The notes beneath the pieces were generated by a model. That model was not told the origin of the DNA. It ran no database searches and saw only the letters and a program-made list of their open reading frames with translations. A DNA stretch of 43,784 nt from a virus (lineage: Duplodnaviria > Heunggongvirae > Uroviricota > Caudoviricetes). The position numbers and the translations under genes are program-made. Every line of letters begins with the position of its first letter. Within the stretch, counting starts at the first letter, position 1. Of this stretch, positions 7,565 through 15,126 are shown piece after piece. The DNA is taken from IMG/VR virus record IMGVR_UViG_3300042946_001496; one strand, given 5' to 3'.

Positions 7565-7690
7565 ATGGGTTTCACCATGATCATTGGATGGAATATGCCT
7601 GACGGTAGCAGCGAGGCTGCCTACATTGATGGCATTATGAAACAAATCGAGCAGCAAAGACGAAAGCGTAAAAAGCGTCGTAAAAAGTAA
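7565..7690 (+). CDS. 41-aa peptide with very basic C-terminus
   Basis: Read by hand: MGFTMIIGWNMPDGSSEAAYIDGIMKQIEQQRRKRKKRRKK*; AAGGAG upstream; fills one cassette. Confidence 0.7.
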   Translation: MGFTMIIGWNMPDGSSEAAYIDGIMKQIEQQRRKRKKRRKK

Positions 7691-7803
7691 AACTAAAGGG
7701 GGAAGTTACTAACCCCTTAACTTTTTAACTAACAACCAGTTTGGTGGTACGCTATGGTGGCGTAAGGTAACGAACAACAACCCTCCAATTAAGGAACAGC
7801 AAC

Positions 7804-8052
7804 ATGGCTGGTCGCTCTAGTGTCGATATGCGTGTTTTTCTCGCCAAGGTCGTCGAAGCCCATAAGAAGGGCATGAATCAATCGTGGATCGCCAATGAAC
7901 TTGGCGTGACTCCTGCCGCTGTTAGCCTGCGGCTTAGTGGACTGCGTAAGAAGGGTGTTAGGGTGCCGGAGTTGGTTTCTGGTCGAGGCGGTAGTAATAC
8001 CGCTGAAGACGCAAATAACATTCTGGCTGATCTCGGTTTTGACACCGAGTGA
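7804..8052 (+). CDS. Winged-HTH protein, paralog 5
   Basis: NQSWIANELGVTPAAVSLRLSGLRKKG. Confidence 0.88.
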   Translation: MAGRSSVDMRVFLAKVVEAHKKGMNQSWIANELGVTPAAVSLRLSGLRKKGVRVPELVSGRGGSNTAEDANNILADLGFDTE

Positions 8053-8141
8053 ATGCCAGATTAAAAAGTAAGTTAAGGGGGGACTAACACTCCCCCCTTA
8101 ACTCTTTTACTAACAATAAACTCTGGTGGTACGCTGATGAA

Positions 8142-8245
8142 TTGTCCGCAGCGGCTGGTCTGCTGTTAAAAGAATTATTTAAATATTTCAAAATGTATTA
8201 ATAATTCTGGACAGGTTAAAGGGGGAGGTTACTAACCCCTTAACT
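8142..8245 (+). ncRNA. Candidate sRNA family A, copy 3 (short form)
   Basis: TGTCC(8143)/GGACA(8209) enclosing CAGCGG-CTGGT-CTGCTG and AGAATTATT/AATAATTCT. Confidence 0.5.
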
Positions 8246-8336
8246 CTTTTACTAACAATAAACTCTGGTGGTACGCTGTGGTGTTGTAAGTGAACGATTG
8301 ATTAGGCTTCCCGTTCACCTTCTTTAAGGATAACAA

Positions 8337-8474
8337 ATGTATGAAATAACTAGCGTTGACACTGGTAAAACCATTGTCATGACTCGGAGCGAGGCTGAAC
8401 AAATGTTCGGCAAAAATGAGTTTAAAGAGATGCTGGCGGGAAGTTTACCGCACCTAATAGTAGTTAAACTCTGA
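8337..8474 (+). CDS. 45-aa hypothetical protein
   Basis: Read by hand: MYEITSVDTGKTIVMTRSEAEQMFGKNEFKEMLAGSLPHLIVVKL*; AAGGA upstream. Confidence 0.7.
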   Translation: MYEITSVDTGKTIVMTRSEAEQMFGKNEFKEMLAGSLPHLIVVKL

Positions 8475-8573
8475 GGTTATTAAGGGGGACTAACCGTCCC
8501 TCTTAACTCTTTAACTTAACACACGGTTTGGTGGTACGCTGTTTGTGTGCCGGACCTTAAAAAGAGGATTAAG

Positions 8574-8843
8574 ATGATTTTCACCGCACAACAAGCTAGG
8601 GATAATAGCATTCTTAAAGCCACCTTGGATAAGATTTACGAAAAGATCAAAATCGTCAGCAAAGACAAAAATGATCTTACTATTGTTTTTGGTGAAAATC
8701 CCGATTTTGAATACTGTGATGCTTATCGCAATGAAGAAGACATCAAAGAAAATCTTGAAAAGGCTGGCTATGAGGTTCGTTGGGATTACACCACTCCCCT
8801 CGGCATCCCTACACTCTATATCGATTGGCGTTTTCCTAACTAA
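8574..8843 (+). CDS. Hypothetical protein
   Basis: ATG 8574 after AGAGGA, in frame with track ORF 8547..8843. Confidence 0.75.
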   Translation: MIFTAQQARDNSILKATLDKIYEKIKIVSKDKNDLTIVFGENPDFEYCDAYRNEEDIKENLEKAGYEVRWDYTTPLGIPTLYIDWRFPN

Positions 8844-8938
8844 AGAAGGGGATTAAATATCCCTAACTTTATACTTAACGACCTGTTGGTGGTACGCTGT
8901 GGTGGTGTAAGTTAAACCCTCAAACAAGAAAGAATATC

Positions 8939-9172
8939 ATGAATAACGACTGCTGTTGGCACTCCAGCTGGAAGAAGAACCACCCGGAACCCGTTGCCGC
9001 CCCTTGCGTTTATGATCTTGATTTCATTTTCAAGGCGATGGCTAACAAAACAAAGATTACAATTCAAGGGGTCACCGGAATTATCAGTGGTATCGAAACA
9101 ACGAGTGCGGACAATGGATACAGATTGAGTTTCTGCGATAGAGCCGGTTGGGTTGTAGTCGTTGCAAAGTAA
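8939..9172 (+). CDS. Hypothetical protein, 'YDLDFIF' paralog 1
   Basis: Shares YDLDFIF(K/N)AMA...G.I(S/T)GIE with 11576..11893. Confidence 0.75.
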   Translation: MNNDCCWHSSWKKNHPEPVAAPCVYDLDFIFKAMANKTKITIQGVTGIISGIETTSADNGYRLSFCDRAGWVVVVAK

Positions 9173-9263
9173 ACAGCTAAAGGGGGAAGTTACTAACCCC
9201 TTAACTTTCTTCTTGCAACAAGTTTGGTGGTACGCTATAGTGGTGTAACCCCGGAGAAAAGAT

Positions 9264-9530
9264 ATGAATGACATTCGTAGAGGCAGGGTTGTTACTGAAG
9301 AGTATCTTCAGTACGTTGATAGCATAGTCAATCAAGACAATAGTCTTGAAGACTTGGTGTCAGAAGTTATTTGCGGCAATCCTACAGACGTTGCCGCAAA
9401 GATTATCATTCAGTCTATGCGAAGGCTAGCAGAACTGGAACGTCCACGAAACCCGCTCGGAAGAACTGCTACATTTGAACAAAATGCCAATAGGGCAATT
9501 GACGAAACTTGCGAAAAGCATTTTGGGTGA
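9264..9530 (+). CDS. Hypothetical protein
   Basis: GGAG upstream; fills one cassette. Confidence 0.75.
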   Translation: MNDIRRGRVVTEEYLQYVDSIVNQDNSLEDLVSEVICGNPTDVAAKIIIQSMRRLAELERPRNPLGRTATFEQNANRAIDETCEKHFG

Positions 9531-9603
9531 AACTAAAGGGGGAAGTTACTAACCCCTTAAGTTTTTACTAACAAATAAGTTGGTGGTACGCTGGATGACT
9601 ATC

Positions 9604-9828
9604 ATGGAAATCAAACCCATCAACGACAATAACAGTCAATTTGACTTGGTAGAGTTGCGGTCAAGTCACTATTCGGCACCACAGCAAACTCCTCACTGTA
9701 AGATTCATGGAGCTATGAACTGTGTGGCTGTTCATGCTACAGGGAAATTGTGGCGTTGCATACAGAGTAATCAATTAAAGGATTGTCGGGCTGGGTGTGA
9801 GGAGTTAATAACAACACAGAACAAATGA
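9604..9828 (+). CDS. Cys/His-rich hypothetical protein, probably near-leaderless
   Basis: ATG 9604 lies 11 nt after the -10 hexamer at 9587-9592; CKIHGAMNC...WRC...CRAGC. Confidence 0.65.
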   Translation: MEIKPINDNNSQFDLVELRSSHYSAPQQTPHCKIHGAMNCVAVHATGKLWRCIQSNQLKDCRAGCEELITTQNK

Positions 9829-9881
9829 AGGGCTAACCCCTAGTTTTTAACTAACACCAAGTTTGGTGGTACGCTGTGGGG

Positions 9882-10170
9882 GTGTTCGATAAGTGTTCCT
9901 AAACCACAAATGTTTAGGGGTGTCAAAGGCAAAACCTTTGCAGTAGAAGCGGCTTGTTAGGTCGTGGATGTAAAGAGAAAACTTTGGCTTGAACCGGTAA
10001 TTCCCTGTAAGAATGGGTTAATCACCGGCAACCCCGGAGTAAGATAGCGGGGTTTTCTAAGTAAGAAGAAGGCAAGAGTAGTCGCAAAGGCGTACTCGTA
10101 GCCGATGGCGGGCAAGATCAGCACCTTTTGCTTCAATGCGGGTGTCGTCACGTTCGATTCGTGATAATCT
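9882..10170 (+). ncRNA. Candidate structured RNA of about 290 nt ending in a T-loop hairpin
   Basis: No credible ORF; successive hairpins CCTAAAC/GTTTAGG, AAAGG/CCTTT, CCGGT/ACCGG, AACCCCG/CGGGGTT, GAGTA/TACTC, GCACC/GGTGT; TCACG-TTCGATT-CGTGA at 10148-10164. Confidence 0.6.
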
Positions 10171-10229
10171 TACTTACAATACATTTGTGGTACGCTCTGC
10201 CAGTGTAAGCCACACACAAAGGAGAAGCC

Positions 10230-10562
10230 ATGAGCTACGAAGGCGTTGAAGAGTTCATTTGTAATAAGGGTCATTACTGGACTCTGGATGCCGGTGTCCT
10301 CCATTACGACTTCCTTGATAACATGAGGATAATGGAAAAGGTTGCTTGTCCGCATTGTAAGGAAACCCCAGCCTACACTTGTAGTGTTGATGAAACCAAT
10401 GGTTACGATCCTAACCTTCCATGTACCTTTCATGGACCGAAAATTGAAATCGGTTATGAGGATATTGAGATGCAGGATCACCACGGAAATAAATACTTCG
10501 TTAAGTTGGAACGATACAAACCGGACAATTCCACAAATCGGTGGAGAAAAGAAGGGGACTAA
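10230..10562 (+). CDS. Cys/His-containing hypothetical protein
   Basis: AAGGAG upstream; CNKGH, CPHC. Confidence 0.75.
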   Translation: MSYEGVEEFICNKGHYWTLDAGVLHYDFLDNMRIMEKVACPHCKETPAYTCSVDETNGYDPNLPCTFHGPKIEIGYEDIEMQDHHGNKYFVKLERYKPDNSTNRWRKEGD

Positions 10563-10657
10563 ACATCCCCTTACTTTTTAACTTAACAACCAGTTTGGTG
10601 GTACGCTGTGGTGGCGTAAGGAACGATAAACAACAACCTCCAATAAGGAACGATAAC

Positions 10658-10948
10658 ATGGGTCGCCCCTCTGGCAAAGATGCAATTTCGATGCAGACGT
10701 TTCTTGGTAAAGTGGTGGAAGCGTATCGCAACCACCACAATCAATCGTGGATCGCACGGGAGTTGGGTATCACTCCTGCCGCTGTTAGCCTGCGGCTTAG
10801 TGGGTTGCGTAAGAAGGGCGTGAAGGTGCCGGAACTGGTTTCTGGTCGAGGTGGAAGTAACACCGTTGAGGATGCGAATAACATCCTCGCTGATCTTGGG
10901 TTCGATGGCAACGATGAAGCGGATCATTATGCTGGTCCGATCGGGTGA
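10658..10948 (+). CDS. Winged-HTH protein, paralog 6
   Basis: ATG 10658; NQSWIARELGITPAAVSLRLSGLRKKG; C-terminal extension. Confidence 0.88.
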   Translation: MGRPSGKDAISMQTFLGKVVEAYRNHHNQSWIARELGITPAAVSLRLSGLRKKGVKVPELVSGRGGSNTVEDANNILADLGFDGNDEADHYAGPIG

Positions 10949-11046
10949 GTAAAATGGGGGGAGGTTACTAACCCCCGTTTTTTACTTTGATACGCTGTTA
11001 GTGGTACGCTAGCATGGTGTGAGAACCACCTTCAAGGAGGAACGGT

Positions 11047-11133
11047 ATGCAAGTCAACATGACATTCGTGGAACAGATAGTCTGCCTTGTTGCTCTGATA
11101 GCCGGGATTGTGTTTGCTGCGTTGTTTGGTTGA
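11047..11133 (+). CDS. 28-aa hydrophobic single-helix peptide
   Basis: Read by hand: MQVNMTFVEQIVCLVALIAGIVFAALFG*; AAGGAGG upstream; fills one cassette. Confidence 0.7.
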   Translation: MQVNMTFVEQIVCLVALIAGIVFAALFG

Positions 11134-11232
11134 AAAATAGGGGGGGAGGTTACTAACCCCTTTAACTAACACTTTGAGTTGGTGGTACGCTATGGTGGCG
11201 TAAGTGACAATCAACCCTTCAAGGAGTTCAAG

Positions 11233-11472
11233 ATGAAGACTCGCAAGACTGTCAACCTTGTCAAGTTCATGCAGACCATCGTCAAGGCTGCTGCAAACGG
11301 TCACAACCAGAGCGACGTTGCTCGTTCGCTGGGGGTTACTCCCGCCGCTGTTACCTTGCGGCTTCAGAGTCTCCGCAAGAAGGGCGTTAAGGTTCCTAAC
11401 ATCAATGCCAATGCCGGTTGGGTTGATTGCAAGATGACTGCTAGTGAGCGGCTGGCTGCTGCCTACCGTTGA
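11233..11472 (+). CDS. Winged-HTH protein, paralog 7
   Basis: ATG 11233 after AAGGAG; NQSDVARSLGVTPAAVTLRLQSLRKKG. Confidence 0.85.
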   Translation: MKTRKTVNLVKFMQTIVKAAANGHNQSDVARSLGVTPAAVTLRLQSLRKKGVKVPNINANAGWVDCKMTASERLAAAYR

Positions 11473-11575
11473 GTTAAGGTTAAGGGGGGAGGTTACTAAC
11501 CCCCTGTTCATTTAACCAAGAGTGGTTTGGTGGTACGCTGTGGTGGTGTAAGCCTCCAACAACATAAGGTGTGAA

Positions 11576-11893
11576 ATGACTGACGATGCCATCGGATTTA
11601 ACGGACGTCACAGCGTTGCGGTTCCTTGCGTTACGGAGCGTGTCGGCGTAGGTCTCACCCAAGGCGACCCGTTCGATGAGGAGGAAACGAGGATCTACGA
11701 TCTTGACTTCATCTTCAACGCAATGGCTAAGTCGTTGGACGTGGTTGTTGGTATGAAAAGGGGGAACATTACAGGCATCGAAAAGTTGGGGGGCGATGAA
11801 TATCGTCTTTGCCTTCAATGGCACGATAAACGTTTTTCTTACGGTTCCGATGCTCGTGATTATGCAACCATCACCGCAAGGCAACTAAAGTGA
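11576..11893 (+). CDS. Hypothetical protein, 'YDLDFIF' paralog 2
   Basis: Similarity to 8939..9172. Confidence 0.75.
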   Translation: MTDDAIGFNGRHSVAVPCVTERVGVGLTQGDPFDEEETRIYDLDFIFNAMAKSLDVVVGMKRGNITGIEKLGGDEYRLCLQWHDKRFSYGSDARDYATITARQLK

Positions 11894-11994
11894 AGTTAAA
11901 GGGGGGACTAAAAATCCCTCCTTAACTCTTTTACTTAACAACAAGTTTGGTGGTACGCTGTGAGGGTGTAAGACCTTAAATAAAGGAGACAGCA

Positions 11995-12210
11995 ATGCGA
12001 ATGTCCTTCAAGAGTCTTGAGTCGTTCGCTCGTGAGCGTGGCTACACTGTTGAGCGGAGGGGCAGGATGATTGAGTGGTGTCGCAATGAGGATCACTCAA
12101 TGATCGGTGTAGTATACAGTGTTCACGAAGCCTACAGCGAGATCAAACAGGATTGGGATAGATGGATAGTAAGGATCCACAACCATATACTCCACGGCAC
12201 GACCGGCTAG
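11995..12210 (+). CDS. Hypothetical protein
   Basis: AAGGAG upstream; last ORF-bearing cassette. Confidence 0.72.
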   Translation: MRMSFKSLESFARERGYTVERRGRMIEWCRNEDHSMIGVVYSVHEAYSEIKQDWDRWIVRIHNHILHGTTG

Positions 12211-12629
12211 TATCCATCTATTCATAACAAAGGGGGAAGTTACTAACCCCCTGTTCATTTAACACAAGGATAGTTTGGTGGTACGCTATAGAGTTGCAAC
12301 AAAGCCTTTAACAAAAAGATTTAACAAAATTAAAAATTAAAAAAATAATGTAAAAAAACTATAAAAAAAATAGTAGTAGGGGAGGGGGTTCCACCGCCAT
12401 TACACTCTTTTTCTTTTGTTCTTTTCGTTTTTTTCTGTAGGGTTTTAGATTTTTCAAAATTAAAAGCCCAACAACTTTATAAAAATCCCCATAACCTTAA
12501 AATATTAAAAAACCATTTTAGAAAAAAATGCGGCGGAAAAAATTTTCAATATACAGTAGGGTTTTTAAATAAAAAAGACTTTGGAAAAATCCAAAGTCTT
12601 TTAAAGGAGAAAAAACAAAAGAAAAGATT

Positions 12630-13124
12630 TCAACCATCTAGTCCTCTAATCCTCATTCCCCGGTCATAAGAGTCTGCTCTTCGCCAATTACCGGTTGGCT
12701 TGTAGCTGCTTCCTGTAGATCTCCCCGCACTATACTGTTCGGTATCTTTTAATTTTCTTTCTGCGTTTATTCTTTCTGCGTCTATTCTTTCAGCTTCAGC
12801 TTCAGCTTCAGCTCGTCTTTTTGCATCTTTTGCTTTTCTTGCTGCAATATCGTGTTGTCGTTGAATCAGCAATTCAAGATGAGCTTGCTTGGCGGGATGA
12901 GCTCTTCTAAACTCATTAGATTTTTCAATTTTTTCCATTGCTTCTTTTGCTTTTGGATTATTAGGATCAGAGGCAGTTCTTAACAACTCTCTAAAAGCAT
13001 CTTCGCTATAAGAATTAAAAAATGTAAAATAAGAAAGTATATTATCAATCCAAGATATTCCAGTACCTTCATCTAAAATAAAATTAGGATGTTCATTTTC
13101 TAACCACTTACTAAATCTTTTCAT
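12630..13124 (-). CDS. Putative internal head protein with capsid-targeting-like N-terminus
   Basis: MKRFSKWLENE; charged helical middle; AAGGAG upstream. Confidence 0.65.
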   Translation of the reverse strand: MKRFSKWLENEHPNFILDEGTGISWIDNILSYFTFFNSYSEDAFRELLRTASDPNNPKAKEAMEKIEKSNEFRRAHPAKQAHLELLIQRQHDIAARKAKDAKRRAEAEAEAERIDAERINAERKLKDTEQYSAGRSTGSSYKPTGNWRRADSYDRGMRIRGLDG

Positions 13125-13191
13125 TTATTCTCCTTTTAAGATACTTTTATATATGAAAAAAATTTGATTTTCGTATTGAAAAATCTTTCAC

Positions 13192-13280
13192 GCAAGGGGT
13201 GGCAAGGGGTGGCAAGGGGTGGCAAGGGGTGGCAAGGGGTGGCAAGGGGTGGCAAGGGGTGGCAAGGGGTGGCAAGGGGG
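13192..13280. repeat. Tandem 10-bp repeat (GGCAAGGGGT), 9 copies
   Basis: Directly visible; nine GGGG runs on one strand. Confidence 0.95.
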
Positions 13281-13320
13281 TCTATCCATACTGTGAAGCA
13301 CAAAACTCAAAATTTTTTCC

Positions 13321-13349
13321 TTGACTTCCAGACCATGGTTTTATATGAT
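13321..13349 (+). promoter_or_regulatory. Sigma70-type promoter
   Basis: TTGACT-N17-TATGAT upstream of ATG 13396. Confidence 0.6.
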
Positions 13350-13395
13350 CTGTGCATCGGACGAGAAAAAGAATTTTAAAAAGAAAGGATTCTCT

Positions 13396-15126
13396 ATGGG
13401 AACAGAAATTCACAGAATAAGACAGCAGGAGTTTAATTTCCCTTTTGTCAACGACAATATAAAAGATAAAGGGGCAAAAGTTATAAGAGAGCAGACAAAA
13501 AATGCCCTAGAGCATAATGGTCGTTGTGCTTACGTCGTTCCAGCTTTAATACCCGGTGACGAAAACACCTATTTGCTGTGGGCTAGCGATGCTGATAAGT
13601 TCGATGATGTGGAAAGTCAAAAGAAAGCACATTTTCTTGGTCAAAGTTTAAGGCAAAACAATATTGCGAGTGGAGTTCAAGGATCGGGAATACCTTCATC
13701 AATGATAATGCTAGCTCGCGATAAGGGCGAGTGCATGATATGCAGTATTGATGGCAACAAAGGATTTGTTACAAAAAGCTACATACAAGAAGGTGTTGGG
13801 GCTGAAGCTGGCACATATGCTCAGCGTGTAGAAGAAGTAACATCGGTCTCTGTTCCAAATTGCAATTTTACATATCTTGAACTTTTCAAAAAGTTTATTG
13901 GAAAGCCTGACTTTAATAAAGAAGAAAACGAAATAAATGTTTTGTTTTTATATAAAGTCATCAGAACTCCAAATGACGCAATATCTCTTAGTGGCTATAA
14001 AGACAAAATTATTACTTGCGGAACAATAAATACGTTTCATGAAATTTGTGAACCTGGTCTAGGTTTAGATGAAAGATTTAAACTATATTACTCGGTCACT
14101 AATCAAGGTGTTGGAGAATATATTATAAATGAAACAGAAAATTCTCCAGAAACAGTTCAATTTGTTGCACTATCTGACCATTGGTGTCCTGGCAGGAACA
14201 CAAACAAGATTAACATTGGAATAACACAAGAAAAGTACTTTTCTGAGTTTGGTAGAGACAAAATAGACTGTAGGGATTTTGATGTTGTGTATGAATATAA
14301 AGATACTTTTGATTCAAACATCAAAATTCATTGTTCAGTTGATTTGCAAATCCAGATGTATCCAGGCTTTTTAAGAACTACAGCGAGAGGTCAAGGCATT
14401 TCTAGACTTTGCAAGCTGAAGGACGGTCATGCTTCTCACAATTCAATGGAAAGCACCGAAAGGTTATTTCTATCTTACAAATTTCTTGAGAAAACTTTTT
14501 CTGGTTCTTCTGCAGAAAGAGCTTTTAAAGATCCTGTATTATGGTTTAACAATAGCAGAATTAATTCTTTCACAAGTATTCTTGGTCTAAACTGTAATGT
14601 TAACGTTTCTAATCCTTTTAAAGATCATGAATCTTGGAAAGAAGAATATACTTGGATATACGATAAGATAGAGGAAGAGAGTATAAAAGGAAGATCTCCT
14701 TTTGTAAAGTTTTTTATTGATATCAAAGACATTATTAAAATAGAAAGAAATGGCGAAGAAATTAAAAATCAAAATATTTTTAATTTCTTGGGATCTTATG
14801 ATGCATTTTTTTCAATGACAAGTGAGGAATCAGTAAGAACTAATTCGACTTTAATAAAAGTTGTTTTGGAAGCTTTTTCAAAGCAAAAAGAATTTAGTGA
14901 TTTCGTTGAGCTTCATAAGAAATATTTCCCCTATGATAAGAGTGATGAAATAAAAGGAGATTTAATCAAGACTTCTATTTCTAAAACACGATCAAGGGTG
15001 GACGTTTGGATTGAGGAATCCCTTTCAAATGCTTCGAAGCCCGCCAAGCCCGCTCCTGGGGTTGGGGCTAGTGGTAGTAACTCTGGTGAAGTATCAAACA
15101 AAAGAAAGAAGAAAGAAAAGGTTTAA
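13396..15126 (+). CDS. Large protein with putative N-terminal GHKL (Hsp90/MORC-like) ATPase domain
   Basis: ATG 13396 after AAAGGA; REQTKNALEH (N-box-like), SGVQGSGI (G2-box-like); G1 box DxGxG not evident. Confidence 0.5.
   Translation: MGTEIHRIRQQEFNFPFVNDNIKDKGAKVIREQTKNALEHNGRCAYVVPALIPGDENTYLLWASDADKFDDVESQKKAHFLGQSLRQNNIASGVQGSGIPSSMIMLARDKGECMICSIDGNKGFVTKSYIQEGVGAEAGTYAQRVEEVTSVSVPNCNFTYLELFKKFIGKPDFNKEENEINVLFLYKVIRTPNDAISLSGYKDKIITCGTINTFHEICEPGLGLDERFKLYYSVTNQGVGEYIINETENSPETVQFVALSDHWCPGRNTNKINIGITQEKYFSEFGRDKIDCRDFDVVYEYKDTFDSNIKIHCSVDLQIQMYPGFLRTTARGQGISRLCKLKDGHASHNSMESTERLFLSYKFLEKTFSGSSAERAFKDPVLWFNNSRINSFTSILGLNCNVNVSNPFKDHESWKEEYTWIYDKIEEESIKGRSPFVKFFIDIKDIIKIERNGEEIKNQNIFNFLGSYDAFFSMTSEESVRTNSTLIKVVLEAFSKQKEFSDFVELHKKYFPYDKSDEIKGDLIKTSISKTRSRVDVWIEESLSNASKPAKPAPGVGASGSNSGEVSNKRKKKEKV

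Larger units (their letters stand above)
4660..12262 (+). terminator. Family of intrinsic terminator hairpins closing the cassettes
   Basis: Repeated AAGGGGG(A)(A/G)GTTACTAACCCC(C)TT and AAGGGGGAGGTAACACTCCCCCTT followed by T-tracts, e.g. near 4665, 6005, 6715, 7103, 7696, 8219, 9180, 9536, 10955, 11140, 11484, 12229. Confidence 0.85.
1947..12290 (+). promoter_or_regulatory. Array of 32 forward copies of an extended -10 promoter-like motif (T)TGGTGG-TACGCT
   Basis: TACGCT hexamer at 1955, 3264, 3705, 4339, 4760, 4831, 5439, 5510, 5668, 6113, 6183, 6387, 6795 (variant), 6856, 7157, 7341, 7517, 7748, 8130, 8272, 8535, 8893, 9231, 9587, 9870, 10191 (variant), 10602, 11005 (variant), 11186, 11534, 11954, 12282; fits TGn-TAnnnT; in many copies TTTACT/TTAACT lies about 17 bp upstream. 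Confidence 0.85.

Noticed and set aside
9876-10170. tmRNA (5' GGGGGTG, tag-like frame GKTFAVEAAC*, 3' T arm)
   Set aside because: The sequence after the T arm cannot pair with the 5' end, there is no CCA, and the resume context is absent
3375-11884. Minus-strand ORFs overlapping cassette genes (3375, 4886, 6429, 8912, 10170, 10501, 10583, 11032, 11480 and others)
   Set aside because: Antisense shadows of GC-rich plus-strand genes that have promoters, ribosome-binding sites and paralogs
1947-12290. CRISPR-like or integron (attC) interpretation of the 33-copy motif
   Set aside because: Spacing is 60-1300 bp and gene-sized, the motif fits -35/extended -10 geometry, and no integrase or attC R'/R'' boxes are evident; a recombination role is kept only as inference
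13164-13379. 71-aa ORF with GWQGVARGGK repeats
   Set aside because: Translation of the 10-bp tandem repeat; TTG start, no ribosome-binding site, overlaps a promoter
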